The translations under genes and the position numbers were made by a program. A DNA stretch of 64,000 nt from an uncultured Phycisphaerales bacterium (GTDB lineage: Bacteria; Planctomycetota; Phycisphaerae; Sedimentisphaerales; Anaerobacaceae), in NCBI GenBank assembly GCA_963718665.1, contig OY970359.1:448001-512000 (forward strand), written 5' to 3'. The notes under the pieces were generated by a model, which ran no database searches, was not told where the DNA came from, and saw only the letters and a program-made list of their open reading frames with translations. This document shows, piece after piece, positions 39,929 to 50,086 of the stretch; position 1 is the first letter of the stretch, and every line of letters starts with the position of its first letter.

Positions 39929-42553
39929 TTAAACTACTATATTCACAAGCCGGGACTTGATTACTATTACTTTTTTCGGCTGTTCGCCCGCAAGGGCTGC
40001 AATGACCTTTTCGCTGGCCAGCGCCTTTTGCTTTATCTGCTCATCGTCCGCCTGCGCGGCAACAACAATCTTGTCTTTGATTTTGCCGTTGACCTGTATG
40101 GCTAATTCTATTTCGGCTTCCTTTACAAGCTCAGGGTCAAACTTCGGCCAGGATTCATAAGCGAGCGTCCTGGTATGGCCCAGTTTTTCCCAAAGCTCCT
40201 CTGCGATATGCGGCGCAAAAGGCGATAAAATCAGCACCAACTGCTCAATAACTGACTTCGGCAAAACGGGCTGCTTTATAAGATGATTGACGAGAATCAT
40301 CATCGAGCTGATTGCGGTATTAAAACCAAATGTCTCGACGTCGCCGCCAACTTTCTTAATTGTCTGATGTAGCAATCGCGTTGTCGCTTCATCGGGCTGG
40401 GTATTCTGAATTGCAACGTTAAGGTTGCCCGTATCCTCATTAATAACTAATCGCCAGACACGCTGCAAAAACCGGTGCACGCCCTCAACCCCCTGCATAC
40501 TCCAGGGCTTCACCGCTTCCAGCGGACCCATAAACATCTCATAAAGGCGCATCGAATCCGCGCCGTAATCAGCGACAACCTTATCAGGATTAACAACGTT
40601 GCCGCGCGACTTGCTCATCTTCTGGCCGTCTTCGCCGAGAATCATTCCCTGGTTGACCAATTTTTTGAACGGCTCTTTGGTGCTGACGTAACCAATATCA
40701 AAAAGGAACTTGTGCCAGAAACGAGAATACAGCAAATGCAAAACCGCGTGCTCCGCGCCGCCTATGTAAAGGTCAACGGGCATCCAGTATTTTCCCTTCG
40801 CGCCACCGCAGCAGCGATTATTGTTATTAGGGTCGATATACCGCAGATAATACCAGCAGCTTCCCGCCCACTGCGGCATCGTGTTCGTCTCGCGTAATGC
40901 AATCCCGCCGCATTGCGGACAGGTCGTCTTGAGCCAGTCCTTGGCTTTCGATAATGGCGGCTCACCCGTCGCGGGCGGCGTATAATCCTGCATATCGGGC
41001 AATTTCAACGGCAACGCTGATTCAGGTAAGCCTACTATCCCGCATTTTTCACAATGCACAAGAGGAATGGGTTCTCCCCAGTAACGCTGCCTGCTGAACA
41101 GCCAGTCGCGAAGCTTATAATTAATCGCCTTTTTACCAAGCCCTTTCTGCTCAAGATCTTTTGTGATCTCTTCTTTCATTTTGGCCGTTGGCATTTCGTC
41201 GTATTTCCCAGAATTCACAGCAATCCCATTACCAACCATCGCCCTCGGAAAAATCTCAGGGTGTGCGATATAGCGATCTATGAGTTGTTTCCCTGGAAGG
41301 GGCTTGGGGCCATCTTGCCGTAATTCAAGCATCCATTCATCACTAGGTTCTGGAAGAACAACAACACGAATCGGCAGATTGAATTTCTTCGCGAACTCGA
41401 AATCCCTGTCATCGTGCGCAGGCACAGCCATAATAGCGCCCGTGCCGTAGCTGATTAGAACGTAATCGCTTATCCAAATCGGTATTTTCGTCTCGTTGAC
41501 CGGGTTGATTGCGTAAGCGCCGGTAAATTCGCCCGTCTTTTCCTTCGCCAGATCTGTGCGGTCGAGGTCGCTTTTGCGAGCCGCCTCTTCGCGGTATTTC
41601 TTCACCGCGTCCTTCCTGTCCTTCGTCGTGATTACGTCAACAAGCGGATGCTCCGGCGAGAGCACCATATAGGTCGCGCCGAAAAGCGTATCGGGCCGTG
41701 TAGTAAAGACGCGAATATTTTCATTCGAGCCGGCAACTTTGAAATCAACCTCCGCGCCGATACTCTTGCCAATCCAGTTTCGCTGCATTTCCTTGATTGG
41801 CTCAGGCCAGTCAACTTCGACAAGGTCTTCGAGTAATCGCTCGGCATATTCCGTTATACGCAGCAGCCACTGCCTAAGAGGTTTCCTGATGACCGGGTGT
41901 CCACCTCGCTCACTCACCCCCCCTACGACTTCCTCGTTGGCAAGCACCGTCCCCAAAGCAGGACACCAGTTTACGGGCATTTCCGCTTCGTAAGCCAATC
42001 GATGGTCATCTATATATTTTCGTTTTTCAGCGTCGCTCAGTCCCGCCGGTATAGGCAGTTCTTTAATGGACCTTGCCTTTTGCTGTTTTTCATCAAACCA
42101 GCTATTGAAAAGATTCAGGAATATCCACTGCGTCCATTTATAATAATTCGGGTCGGTGGTATTGACCTCTCTGTCCCAGTCGTAGCTGAAACCAAGCGAC
42201 TTGATTTGCCTGCGCATTCCATCGACGTTATTCTGCGTTGTCTGGGCGGGATGTGTCCCCGTTTTTATCGCGTATTGCTCCGCGGGCAAACCGAACGCGT
42301 CCCACCCAATCGGGTGCAGAACATTAAAACCTATCATCCGCTTATAACGTGCAACTATATCGCTCGCGGTGTAACCCTCTGGATGCCCCACGTGCAAACC
42401 CTGCGCGCTTGGATACGGGAACATATCGAGAACGTAATATCGCGGCTTACTTTTATCACAATCAACCGCCGCAAACGTCTTGCCGGCCTCCCAGTTACGC
42501 TGCCATTTCTTCTCAATCTCGTTAAATTTGTATAATCCTTTTCGTTCTTCCAT
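39929..42553 (-). CDS. leuS: Leucine--tRNA ligase
   Basis: [53 protein letters not shown]. Confidence 0.98.
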   Translation of the reverse strand: MEERKGLYKFNEIEKKWQRNWEAGKTFAAVDCDKSKPRYYVLDMFPYPSAQGLHVGHPEGYTASDIVARYKRMIGFNVLHPIGWDAFGLPAEQYAIKTGTHPAQTTQNNVDGMRRQIKSLGFSYDWDREVNTTDPNYYKWTQWIFLNLFNSWFDEKQQKARSIKELPIPAGLSDAEKRKYIDDHRLAYEAEMPVNWCPALGTVLANEEVVGGVSERGGHPVIRKPLRQWLLRITEYAERLLEDLVEVDWPEPIKEMQRNWIGKSIGAEVDFKVAGSNENIRVFTTRPDTLFGATYMVLSPEHPLVDVITTKDRKDAVKKYREEAARKSDLDRTDLAKEKTGEFTGAYAINPVNETKIPIWISDYVLISYGTGAIMAVPAHDDRDFEFAKKFNLPIRVVVLPEPSDEWMLELRQDGPKPLPGKQLIDRYIAHPEIFPRAMVGNGIAVNSGKYDEMPTAKMKEEITKDLEQKGLGKKAINYKLRDWLFSRQRYWGEPIPLVHCEKCGIVGLPESALPLKLPDMQDYTPPATGEPPLSKAKDWLKTTCPQCGGIALRETNTMPQWAGSCWYYLRYIDPNNNNRCCGGAKGKYWMPVDLYIGGAEHAVLHLLYSRFWHKFLFDIGYVSTKEPFKKLVNQGMILGEDGQKMSKSRGNVVNPDKVVADYGADSMRLYEMFMGPLEAVKPWSMQGVEGVHRFLQRVWRLVINEDTGNLNVAIQNTQPDEATTRLLHQTIKKVGGDVETFGFNTAISSMMILVNHLIKQPVLPKSVIEQLVLILSPFAPHIAEELWEKLGHTRTLAYESWPKFDPELVKEAEIELAIQVNGKIKDKIVVAAQADDEQIKQKALASEKVIAALAGEQPKKVIVIKSRLVNIVV

Positions 42554-42580
42554 TTTACTTTTTACTTTTTCCTTTTTACT

Positions 42581-42790
42581 TTATCTTTTGGAATGTGGGC
42601 AGCTATTATCGCTGCACCCGAAACACTTTTTCGATTGACCTTCTTTGACCTGCGCCGAGAATACCGAAAACTGCTTTTTCAGCTTCCCGCTGCTGCAATG
42701 TGCGCACTTTCGTTCGCCTTTATTGCCTGCGTTTTCCAGCAATTCGGTTATCTTGCCGCAGTCATCGCATTTATATTCGTAAATCGGCAC
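42581..42790 (-). CDS. FmdB-family zinc ribbon protein
   Basis: MPIYEYKCDDCG...CAHC...KKQFS. Confidence 0.88.
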   Translation of the reverse strand: MPIYEYKCDDCGKITELLENAGNKGERKCAHCSSGKLKKQFSVFSAQVKEGQSKKCFGCSDNSCPHSKR

Positions 42791-43062
42791 CGTTTACCCC
42801 GTGAGATACTGTTTAACTTTTTACTTTTTATCCCCGCAAGACCTTATCTCACGGGGTTAACCTCGTTTCTAATGTTAATATCATTCTTAAAGCGTTTTAT
42901 GTTATGATTATACGGGGTAAATATCAATACCAAACCGTATCAGCCGACGGTGCGTAAATAAGTTACTAAATCGCCTGTGAAGGATGTAATTGTTTCAAGG
43001 CGCAGTGGTCGATTATATAACAATGATGAAATGATACTTTCAGAAAGGATGATAAGGCAGAA

Positions 43063-43416
43063 ATGAGATTAATGGCTCCTATTTTTATGCTGGTTGGTTC
43101 GAATTTGTTTATGACTTATGCCTGGTATGGACATTTGAAAGACCTTAAGGGCAAGGCGGTTTTCATCGCCATCGTGGCAAGCTGGGCGGTCGCATTTTTC
43201 GAATATTGCCTCCAGGTCCCCGCCAATCGCATCGGCTTTCAATTCTTTTCGCTGGCGCAATTGAAGGTCATTCAGGAAATTATAACTATGACCGTCTTCG
43301 CGGTGTTTTGCGTCGTATATATGAAGCAATCGCTCAAGCTGGATTTCCTCTGGGCCGGTTTATGTCTGCTCGCCGCCGCGTATTTTATGTTCAGGGGCTT
43401 CACGTTGCCGAGCTAA
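43063..43416 (+). CDS. DMT-family small membrane protein (DUF486-like)
   Basis: SNLFMTYAWYGHLK, SWAVAFFEYCLQVPANRIG, QLKVIQE. Confidence 0.88.
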   Translation: MRLMAPIFMLVGSNLFMTYAWYGHLKDLKGKAVFIAIVASWAVAFFEYCLQVPANRIGFQFFSLAQLKVIQEIITMTVFAVFCVVYMKQSLKLDFLWAGLCLLAAAYFMFRGFTLPS

Positions 43417-43425
43417 AGGATAGAT

Positions 43426-44100
43426 ATGAAAACCGCTAAAATCAGAATCACAGTTTTACTCCTGCTTGTAATCTGCCTTGTCGCCCTCGGCTACTTCGGG
43501 CGGGGATACCTGTTGAACGAAATAACAATTCACCAGCTGCTCAGCGAAAATAAGCAGCTCAAGGAAGCAATCACAAACCTCACCGCCGAAGAACAGATTG
43601 GCTACGCCAAGGTCATTAAACAGGAAACACAAAACAACAAAGTTATAACCACGCTTCGCTTCGTCGAAACGGCCAGAGACGACAAAACCAAAAAAATTCT
43701 CGAAAAGAACTACACAATCGAAGGCGACGTCGTTCACTTCGACGCCCTGATTGTGAAATTCGGCAACAAAATGGTGCTGGATGGCCGTGAGCGGTCGATG
43801 TACCTGTGGCGAAGAATCTACGGCGAAACTATGGCCCCGCAGGATGGCTTCGCGATTGAGTCGCCCGGCGCTGAGCCCGCAAGATACGCCGATTTAATGA
43901 GCCGGTTATCAATTAAGCAAAGAGAAATGTTCTGGTCGAATATCTGGGATTTGGCTAACAATGTGGAGAAGCTAAAACAGGACGGCATCACGGCTATTTA
44001 CGGTAACACCGTATATTCCAAACTTAGCCCCGGCCTCATCTATGTCTTCAAAATCAGCTCGACGGGCCAGTTGTATCCCGAAGTTGTCCCGGATATGTAA
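43426..44100 (+). CDS. Hypothetical protein with N-terminal membrane anchor and coiled coil
   Basis: 224 aa ORF, AAGGA RBS, IEGDVVHFDALIVKF. Confidence 0.75.
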   Translation: MKTAKIRITVLLLLVICLVALGYFGRGYLLNEITIHQLLSENKQLKEAITNLTAEEQIGYAKVIKQETQNNKVITTLRFVETARDDKTKKILEKNYTIEGDVVHFDALIVKFGNKMVLDGRERSMYLWRRIYGETMAPQDGFAIESPGAEPARYADLMSRLSIKQREMFWSNIWDLANNVEKLKQDGITAIYGNTVYSKLSPGLIYVFKISSTGQLYPEVVPDM

Positions 44101-44146
44101 CAAAACCCGAAAAAGGGACCAAGCCTCTTTTAAATTCTCGCCAAGC

Positions 44147-44175
44147 TTGACAGTGTTTCCGCCTGCTGGGACAAT
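44147..44175 (+). promoter_or_regulatory. Sigma70-type promoter very close to the priA start (near-leaderless transcript)
   Basis: TTGACA-N17-GACAAT ending 9 nt before ATG 44185; no obvious SD. Confidence 0.5.
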
Positions 44176-44184
44176 CTCTTCCCT

Positions 44185-46560
44185 ATGAGCAAATATGAGC
44201 AAAACAGCTTATTCGGCGAAGACAAAACCGACAAAGCCCCCGCGGGCCACATTATCCGCGTGGCGTTCGAGTCGGGCGTCGATGCCGAATTCGATTACCT
44301 CGTGCCCGACAAGCTCTGGCCCATCGCTGCAGGCCAGCGAATCGAAACGCCATTCGGAAAATCAAACAAGCTCGAAACCGGCTTCTGCGTGGGTTCGACA
44401 AGCTCGCCACAGGTCGAAATAAATGTAATTCCCGCACAGCCGGCTAAAACCAAAAAATTCAAACTCAAAGCAATATCGGCTGTCGTTGACAAAGAGCCGC
44501 TCGTTGACGCTGGCCTGATGGAGCTGGCTCGCTGGATTAGCGATTATTATGTTTGCCCCCTTGGAATGGTGCTCGGCGCAATCGTCCCCGGGGCCGTCAA
44601 AAAAGGCGCAGGTGAAAGGAAACAAAAATACGTTTACTTAGCCATAGCACCGGAAAAAATTGAAAAAATAGCAGACCAGATAAAAGGCAAAAAGCAAAAA
44701 CGGGTTGTTCAGCAATTACGAAATGTAAACGCCTTTGAAATCGAATCAGCAATGGAACTTGAAGAACTGCTCGAAGCCGTCGGCTGCACCGATGTCCCCG
44801 TCAAAAACCTCGTCGAAAAAAGCATTATCAAAATCGCCCAGCGAACCGTCCTCAAATCTCTGCCCGCTATACCCGAAGGTATGCTCATCAAGCGGGAAAA
44901 AGTCATCCTCAACGATGACCAGCAAAAAGCCCTCGCAAACATCATCAGCAGAATCAACGAAGATAAATTCGGCGTCACGCTTCTCTTCGGCGTTACCGAC
45001 AGCGGCAAAACCGAACTTTACATAAAAGCAATCGAAGAAACACTCAAAAAAGGCAAAACCGCAATCGTAATGCTCCCCGAAATAGCGCTGACCACCCAGA
45101 CAATCCAGCGTTTCAGCGCAAGATTCGACCGCATCGCGGTTATGCACTCAGGCCTCACCGCCCCCCAGCGAAACACCCAATGGCACAAAATAAAATCGGG
45201 CGAGGCCGACGTCGTTATCGGCGCACGCTCCGCCGTCTTCGCCCCGCTGGCCAACCTCGGCCTCATCGTAGTCGATGAAGAGCACGAGCCAAGCTACAAA
45301 CAGGACACCACTCCCCGATACCACGGCAGAGACGTTGCTATAAAACGCGCACAATTATGCAACGCACATTGCCTTTTAGGAAGCGCAACCCCATCGCTCG
45401 AAACCCTGCAAAACTGCAAAACAAAAAAACAGTTCTTCAATATGGTCCGTCTGCCCAAACGCGTGATGAACCTCCCCTTCCCCGAAATGCGGCTCGTCGA
45501 TATGAAGGATTTTGCCTCGCAACTGATGAGCGAGCCGTTGACAAACCAACTCACCGAAACACTCGCCAGAAACGAGCAGGCGATTTTGCTACTCAATCGC
45601 CGCGGCTACAGCAACTTTATCTTTTGCCCATCCTGCAAACACATCCTGCGGTGCCGAAATTGCGACGTAACGCTGACCTTCCATAAAACACCCGATAGAC
45701 AAATTGCGCCAATCCCTACAATCACGGGCCGACACATGCACTCAGGCCTCGCAATCTGCCACTACTGCGGCTCACAAACCCTTGTCCCCGAAAAATGTCC
45801 CCTCTGCCGCAAAGGTATGACTATGATTGGCCTCGGCTCCCAGCGTCTCGAAGAAGACCTCGCCAAACAATTCCCAAACGCCAAAGTCGCCCGTGTCGAT
45901 AGCGACTCAATGAAAGGCGCCGACTACTACCGCGTCCTGCGCGATTTCAGCGAGGGCAAAATTAATATCCTCGCAGGCACGCAAATCCTCGCCAAAGGCC
46001 TGCACTTTCCCAACGTAACCCTCGTCGGCATCATCAGCGCAGACACCTCGCTATATCTCCCCGATTTCCGCGCTAACGAAAGAACGTTTCAATTGATTAG
46101 CCATGTCGCAGGCCGCGCGGGCCGCTCCGCCAAAAAAGGCATCGTCTTCATCCAGACCTTTTTAACCAATCAGCCCGCAATTCAATTCGCCCTCAAAGGC
46201 GATTTTGAGGGTTTCATAAAAGAGGAACTGACTCATCGAAGCGCCTGCAACCTGCCCCCCTTCTGGCGATTGGCCCTTATTACCCTGCGCGACAGGACCT
46301 TTGAAAAACTCGAATTGGCCGCCAAACTTATGCGAGAAAAAATCGACCGCATCGTAGCCGACGAAAAATTACAAATCCGGGTTCGCGGCCCCATACAGGC
46401 GATTATCAGCCGAATCCAGACCTTTCACCGTATGCAGATAATTCTTCAGGCCCCCCAGCCCGCCATTCTGCACCGGCTATTTACCACCCTCCGCAATTCC
46501 CCCTCTATTCGCCCCGCCGTTACAATCACAATAGACATCGACCCCATTGACCTTTTATAG
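44185..46560 (+). CDS. priA: Primosomal protein N'
   Basis: GVTDSGKTE, PEIALT, VDEEHEPSYKQ, GSATPS, NRRGY, four CxxC, PDFRANERTFQ. Confidence 0.97.
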   Translation: MSKYEQNSLFGEDKTDKAPAGHIIRVAFESGVDAEFDYLVPDKLWPIAAGQRIETPFGKSNKLETGFCVGSTSSPQVEINVIPAQPAKTKKFKLKAISAVVDKEPLVDAGLMELARWISDYYVCPLGMVLGAIVPGAVKKGAGERKQKYVYLAIAPEKIEKIADQIKGKKQKRVVQQLRNVNAFEIESAMELEELLEAVGCTDVPVKNLVEKSIIKIAQRTVLKSLPAIPEGMLIKREKVILNDDQQKALANIISRINEDKFGVTLLFGVTDSGKTELYIKAIEETLKKGKTAIVMLPEIALTTQTIQRFSARFDRIAVMHSGLTAPQRNTQWHKIKSGEADVVIGARSAVFAPLANLGLIVVDEEHEPSYKQDTTPRYHGRDVAIKRAQLCNAHCLLGSATPSLETLQNCKTKKQFFNMVRLPKRVMNLPFPEMRLVDMKDFASQLMSEPLTNQLTETLARNEQAILLLNRRGYSNFIFCPSCKHILRCRNCDVTLTFHKTPDRQIAPIPTITGRHMHSGLAICHYCGSQTLVPEKCPLCRKGMTMIGLGSQRLEEDLAKQFPNAKVARVDSDSMKGADYYRVLRDFSEGKINILAGTQILAKGLHFPNVTLVGIISADTSLYLPDFRANERTFQLISHVAGRAGRSAKKGIVFIQTFLTNQPAIQFALKGDFEGFIKEELTHRSACNLPPFWRLALITLRDRTFEKLELAAKLMREKIDRIVADEKLQIRVRGPIQAIISRIQTFHRMQIILQAPQPAILHRLFTTLRNSPSIRPAVTITIDIDPIDLL

Positions 46561-46679
46561 GTTGCAATTCCGCGGCTGATATGTTAATTTTATCCTAAGT
46601 TGTTAGACGCAGATTAACGCAGATTTACACTGTTTGAAATTTATTTCTCTGTGCCCTCTGTGTTCTCTGTGGCTAAACC

Positions 46680-46754
46680 CGGGGTGTAGCTCAGTTTGGC
46701 TAGAGCGCTTGGTTCGGGACCAAGAGGTCGCTGGTTCAAGTCCAGTCACCCCGA
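46680..46754 (+). tRNA. tRNA-Pro (anticodon CGG)
   Basis: Acceptor CGGGGTG/CACCCCG, anticodon arm CTTGG-TTCGGGA-CCAAG, T loop TTCAAGT; CCA not encoded. Confidence 0.95.
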
Positions 46755-46946
46755 TTTTTACTCCCATATTTTGTATTGGAAATTTATCTGTCTGCCTGCT
46801 AACTTCTCCCTTGCGTCTTAACTATCCGCCGCCCGCTAATTCTTAAATCCGCAATCCGCGATTGTTTGTGAATTTTTTGATTTGGCAATTGTGATTTGTT
46901 TAGGATTTTTTGATCTGTACGCTGAACGCTGAACGCTGTCCGCTGT

Positions 46947-47921
46947 TTAAAACCGATACATCACATTTATCGCACCGTACGAGTCCGTGCTGGCCTGCTC
47001 TTTATATTCCCTCGTCAGGAACGTCTGTGAATAGCTCATCTCGAACGATTTGTATCTGTAAACCGCCCCAATCTGGAGCTGCCCAACCGCCGGCTCCGTC
47101 GTAAGTCCGGTCAAAAACCGGTTATACTCAACCAGCTTGCCGCCAATCCGCGTAAAAATATACGCCGATTGAACCTCTGCAGGTTTATCAATGCACGCCG
47201 ACGCCGGCGCCTCAAGTCGCCCCGGCCCAAAATCATTCGGCAGATTTATCCCATATCTGAAAACTATCCCCAGGTCCGCGTTGCGGTGCAGCGTTCCAAC
47301 CGTCGCCCCGTATTCCAGGTGCGCATCAAAATTCTCTGTCCGCTTGAAATACTGCTCATCGACCCTCTGCCTTCTCAGCCACGTCAAGTCCGTCTCGAAC
47401 TCATTGCCTAATTGATTATTCCATCCCTCCGGCTCCGGCACCCCCATAAAGTGGTGCACGAAATCTTGAACCTGCCCCCCGCTCGCCACAGGCCCTATCA
47501 TTCCTATGTTCAGCTCTAAATGTTCCATCTGGTTTTCAGAGGCCCGCTGCGCAAATATTCCCCCATACAACCACCCCGCGAATACCATGTCGTGTTTGGC
47601 CCTTTTCTCAGGTTCGCTAACGTGGTCGGGCGTGTACATATTCTGACCGAAAAAATATCCCAGGGCGGTATTTACTTCCCCGTCGTTTTTCCCAAAACCA
47701 TTCCACCGCGAATAATCTTTCAGAAAATTGACGTCCGGCTGATGCGTGAAAGCAATTTCTGTCCCGTTGGTATAGTGCCGGTCTGTGCTATATAATGGCT
47801 TGATATACCCACCGTCGTTTTCCATATACAGCGTTAGAGTTTCCTCTCCTAATACGATGCCCATCATCGCAACGCAGATAATCCCCGCAAGGATTGCTAT
47901 GTTAACCCTGTGTTTTTTCAC
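46947..47921 (-). CDS. Lipid A deacylase LpxR-family outer membrane protein
   Basis: Signal peptide, ENDG, DRHYTNG, GQNMYTP, FAGWLY, GWNNQL, LPNDFG, C-terminal Phe. Confidence 0.85.
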   Translation of the reverse strand: MKKHRVNIAILAGIICVAMMGIVLGEETLTLYMENDGGYIKPLYSTDRHYTNGTEIAFTHQPDVNFLKDYSRWNGFGKNDGEVNTALGYFFGQNMYTPDHVSEPEKRAKHDMVFAGWLYGGIFAQRASENQMEHLELNIGMIGPVASGGQVQDFVHHFMGVPEPEGWNNQLGNEFETDLTWLRRQRVDEQYFKRTENFDAHLEYGATVGTLHRNADLGIVFRYGINLPNDFGPGRLEAPASACIDKPAEVQSAYIFTRIGGKLVEYNRFLTGLTTEPAVGQLQIGAVYRYKSFEMSYSQTFLTREYKEQASTDSYGAINVMYRF

Positions 47922-47989
47922 CTGCTTTTTAATAAAAATTAACCCCTAAACGTCACACTTCGGGCAAGGTCTTTTCATTGTTTATATAT

Positions 47990-48140
47990 CGCCCATTTTG
48001 CCGTCAAATATTAGATCTCGCCGTCTCATTTTCCGCCCATTCTATAAAAATATCGAATCCTGTCCACCTCTCTTTTCCCGTCCATTCTATAAAAATATCG
48101 AATCCCGTTTACCTCCCTTTTCCCGCCCATTCCGCCAAAA
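47990..48140. repeat. Tandem array with 44-45 bp period next to tRNA-Val
   Basis: CG(C/T)CCATT cores at 47990, 48034, 48079, 48124; the middle units are nearly identical. Confidence 0.8.
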
Positions 48141-48213
48141 AATCTGTTAAAGCATTACTGTGTGTTGCGGATAAGGATTCCTGCCCGAAAGGGAAAATAA
48201 CTGATATGAACAA

Positions 48214-48287
48214 TGGGCGGTACAGGATTCGAACCTGTGACCTCGTGCGTGTCGAGCACGCGCTCTAACCAACTGAGCTAACCGCCC
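48214..48287 (-). tRNA. tRNA-Val (anticodon GAC) with C at position 33
   Basis: Acceptor GGGCGGT/ACCGCCC-A, anticodon arm CGTGC-TCGACAC-GCACG, T arm ACAGG-TTCGAAT-CCTGT. Confidence 0.9.
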
Positions 48288-48615
48288 GGGATACAAAATT
48301 CCGGCCGGAGCATATTAACGGAAATTGGCGGGGAGTCAACCTTTTTATCGTTAGCGAAAACGGGCGGATAGTCAGTGTTGGGCAATAAATGGACGGATTG
48401 GATTTAATTTACTTGGCAGAATGGGCGGGAAAGAGGAGATTCCCAGTCAATCTTTTTAATGGTATCTTAAACGGTCAGAAGGTTAAATTTTTTGGCTGGA
48501 GGAAGTTGCCGAAGCGGGCCCTTCGCTCCGCTACGTGTCGGATTTCAATCCTTCGACGCACTACGTTTGCTCCCCGGCCTACGGATTGCCGGGGCAGGCA
48601 GGACAACGCAGAGCA

Positions 48616-49629
48616 TCAATTTCTGGTTTCAGATTTAAGCTGGCGGGTCATCAGGTCGGTAATGGCGGATTGGACGGATTTGTTCTTAAAGATGATATCA
48701 TAAACGGCCTGCGTAATAGGCATCTCGACTTTGTATTGCTGCAACAGGCCCTCGACAACGGATTGGCAGGTGGCGATACCCTCGATAACGGATTCGGTGG
48801 CGGATTGGGCAAGCTGGGGGGATTGGCCTTTACCGATTCTTTCGCCGAATGAACGGTTCCTGCCCTTTGGGGAAATGCAGGTTGTAACCAAATCGCCGAG
48901 GCCTGTGAGGCCCGCGAAGGTGTGGGGATTAGCGCCCATAGCGACACCAAGGCGAGATATTTCGGCGAGGCCCCTGCAAAGGAGAGCGGCCTTTGCGTTG
49001 TCGCCCGCGCCGATACCATCAATCATTCCGGCGGCGATGGCGATGATATTTTTCATTGCGCCGGCCAACTCGACGCCGACGACATCGGTATTGGTATAAA
49101 TGCGGAACCAGGAGATGCTGAGGGTGAGCTGGATTCGCTGGGCGAGCTGGTCGGAGGCGGAGGCGACGCAGGCGGTGGCGGGTAATCTCACGGCAAGCTC
49201 ATCGGCGATTGTGGGGCCTGATAATGCGGCTAAGCCGGATGAGGCGTCGGAGCCGAGGACGTCGGCGATGATTTGGGTTGGGCGAAGCAGGGTTTTATTT
49301 TCGATACCCTTTGCGACGGAGCAAATGGGGACGCCTTTGGGGGTGTGTTTTTTCAGGCGAGTCCAGATACTTCGCATAAACTGGCAAGGCACGGCGGAGA
49401 TAATCAGGTCAGCATCAACAATAATTTTTTTGTCGTCGGGTTCGAAAATAATCGTTTCGGGGAGTTTGTGGCCGGGGAGGAATTTTACATTTTCTCGGCT
49501 ATGAGCTATCTGCCGGAGCTGTTGGGCATCGTAACCCCAGAGACGGACGGGGATTTGTTTCTCCGCAAGGAGCATCGCCAGGACGGTTCCCATACCGCCA
49601 TCGCCGATTATTGATATGTTTTTAAACAT
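48616..49629 (-). CDS. gpsA: NAD(P)H-dependent glycerol-3-phosphate dehydrogenase
   Basis: Start ATG 49629, IIGDGGMG, AKGIE, LSGPT, AMKNIIAIA, GLGDLVTTC, RNR. Confidence 0.96.
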   Translation of the reverse strand: MFKNISIIGDGGMGTVLAMLLAEKQIPVRLWGYDAQQLRQIAHSRENVKFLPGHKLPETIIFEPDDKKIIVDADLIISAVPCQFMRSIWTRLKKHTPKGVPICSVAKGIENKTLLRPTQIIADVLGSDASSGLAALSGPTIADELAVRLPATACVASASDQLAQRIQLTLSISWFRIYTNTDVVGVELAGAMKNIIAIAAGMIDGIGAGDNAKAALLCRGLAEISRLGVAMGANPHTFAGLTGLGDLVTTCISPKGRNRSFGERIGKGQSPQLAQSATESVIEGIATCQSVVEGLLQQYKVEMPITQAVYDIIFKNKSVQSAITDLMTRQLKSETRN

Positions 49630-49693
49630 CGTATTAGCCACGGAGATATTATAGCCACAGAGAGCACAGAGGACACAGAGAATTTTTGAACCA

Positions 49694-49905
49694 CCCCCGC
49701 CGTTTTGCTTCCGACTTCGCTGGACAGGTCGCAAAACGAGACGCGGGGGCAGGCAGATTACACTGATTATGCGGATTTTTCAACAGAGAAGAATTTTAGA
49801 CGCTAATTTCGCAGAGAACGCTGTTTTTTTTATTTGCCACAGATTTCACCCCCGCAGTTTTGCTTCCGACTTCGCTGGACAGGTCGCAAAACGAGACACG
49901 GGGGC
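49694..49905. repeat. Two 57-bp direct copies of a composite GC hairpin element
   Basis: 49694-49750 and 49849-49905 differ at two positions; a shorter relative lies at about 54224-54261. Confidence 0.85.
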
Positions 49906-50086
49906 TACCCCCACAACTTTTCCCTACGGGAAAAACGACGTGGGGGTCTGCGCTACGCTCCGACGCAAGGCTTCGCAGATTTACACGGATTTGTCGGTGC
50001 TGGCCGAAACAATTTCTGATTTATGATTGCTGATTTCAGAAGAAATAAGTATGGTGTCCCCTGATATCGAGAAAGATTTAACTTCG

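Noticed and set aside
47990..48140. CRISPR array
   Set aside because: Units are tandem near-duplicates without unique spacers; no cas genes in the window.
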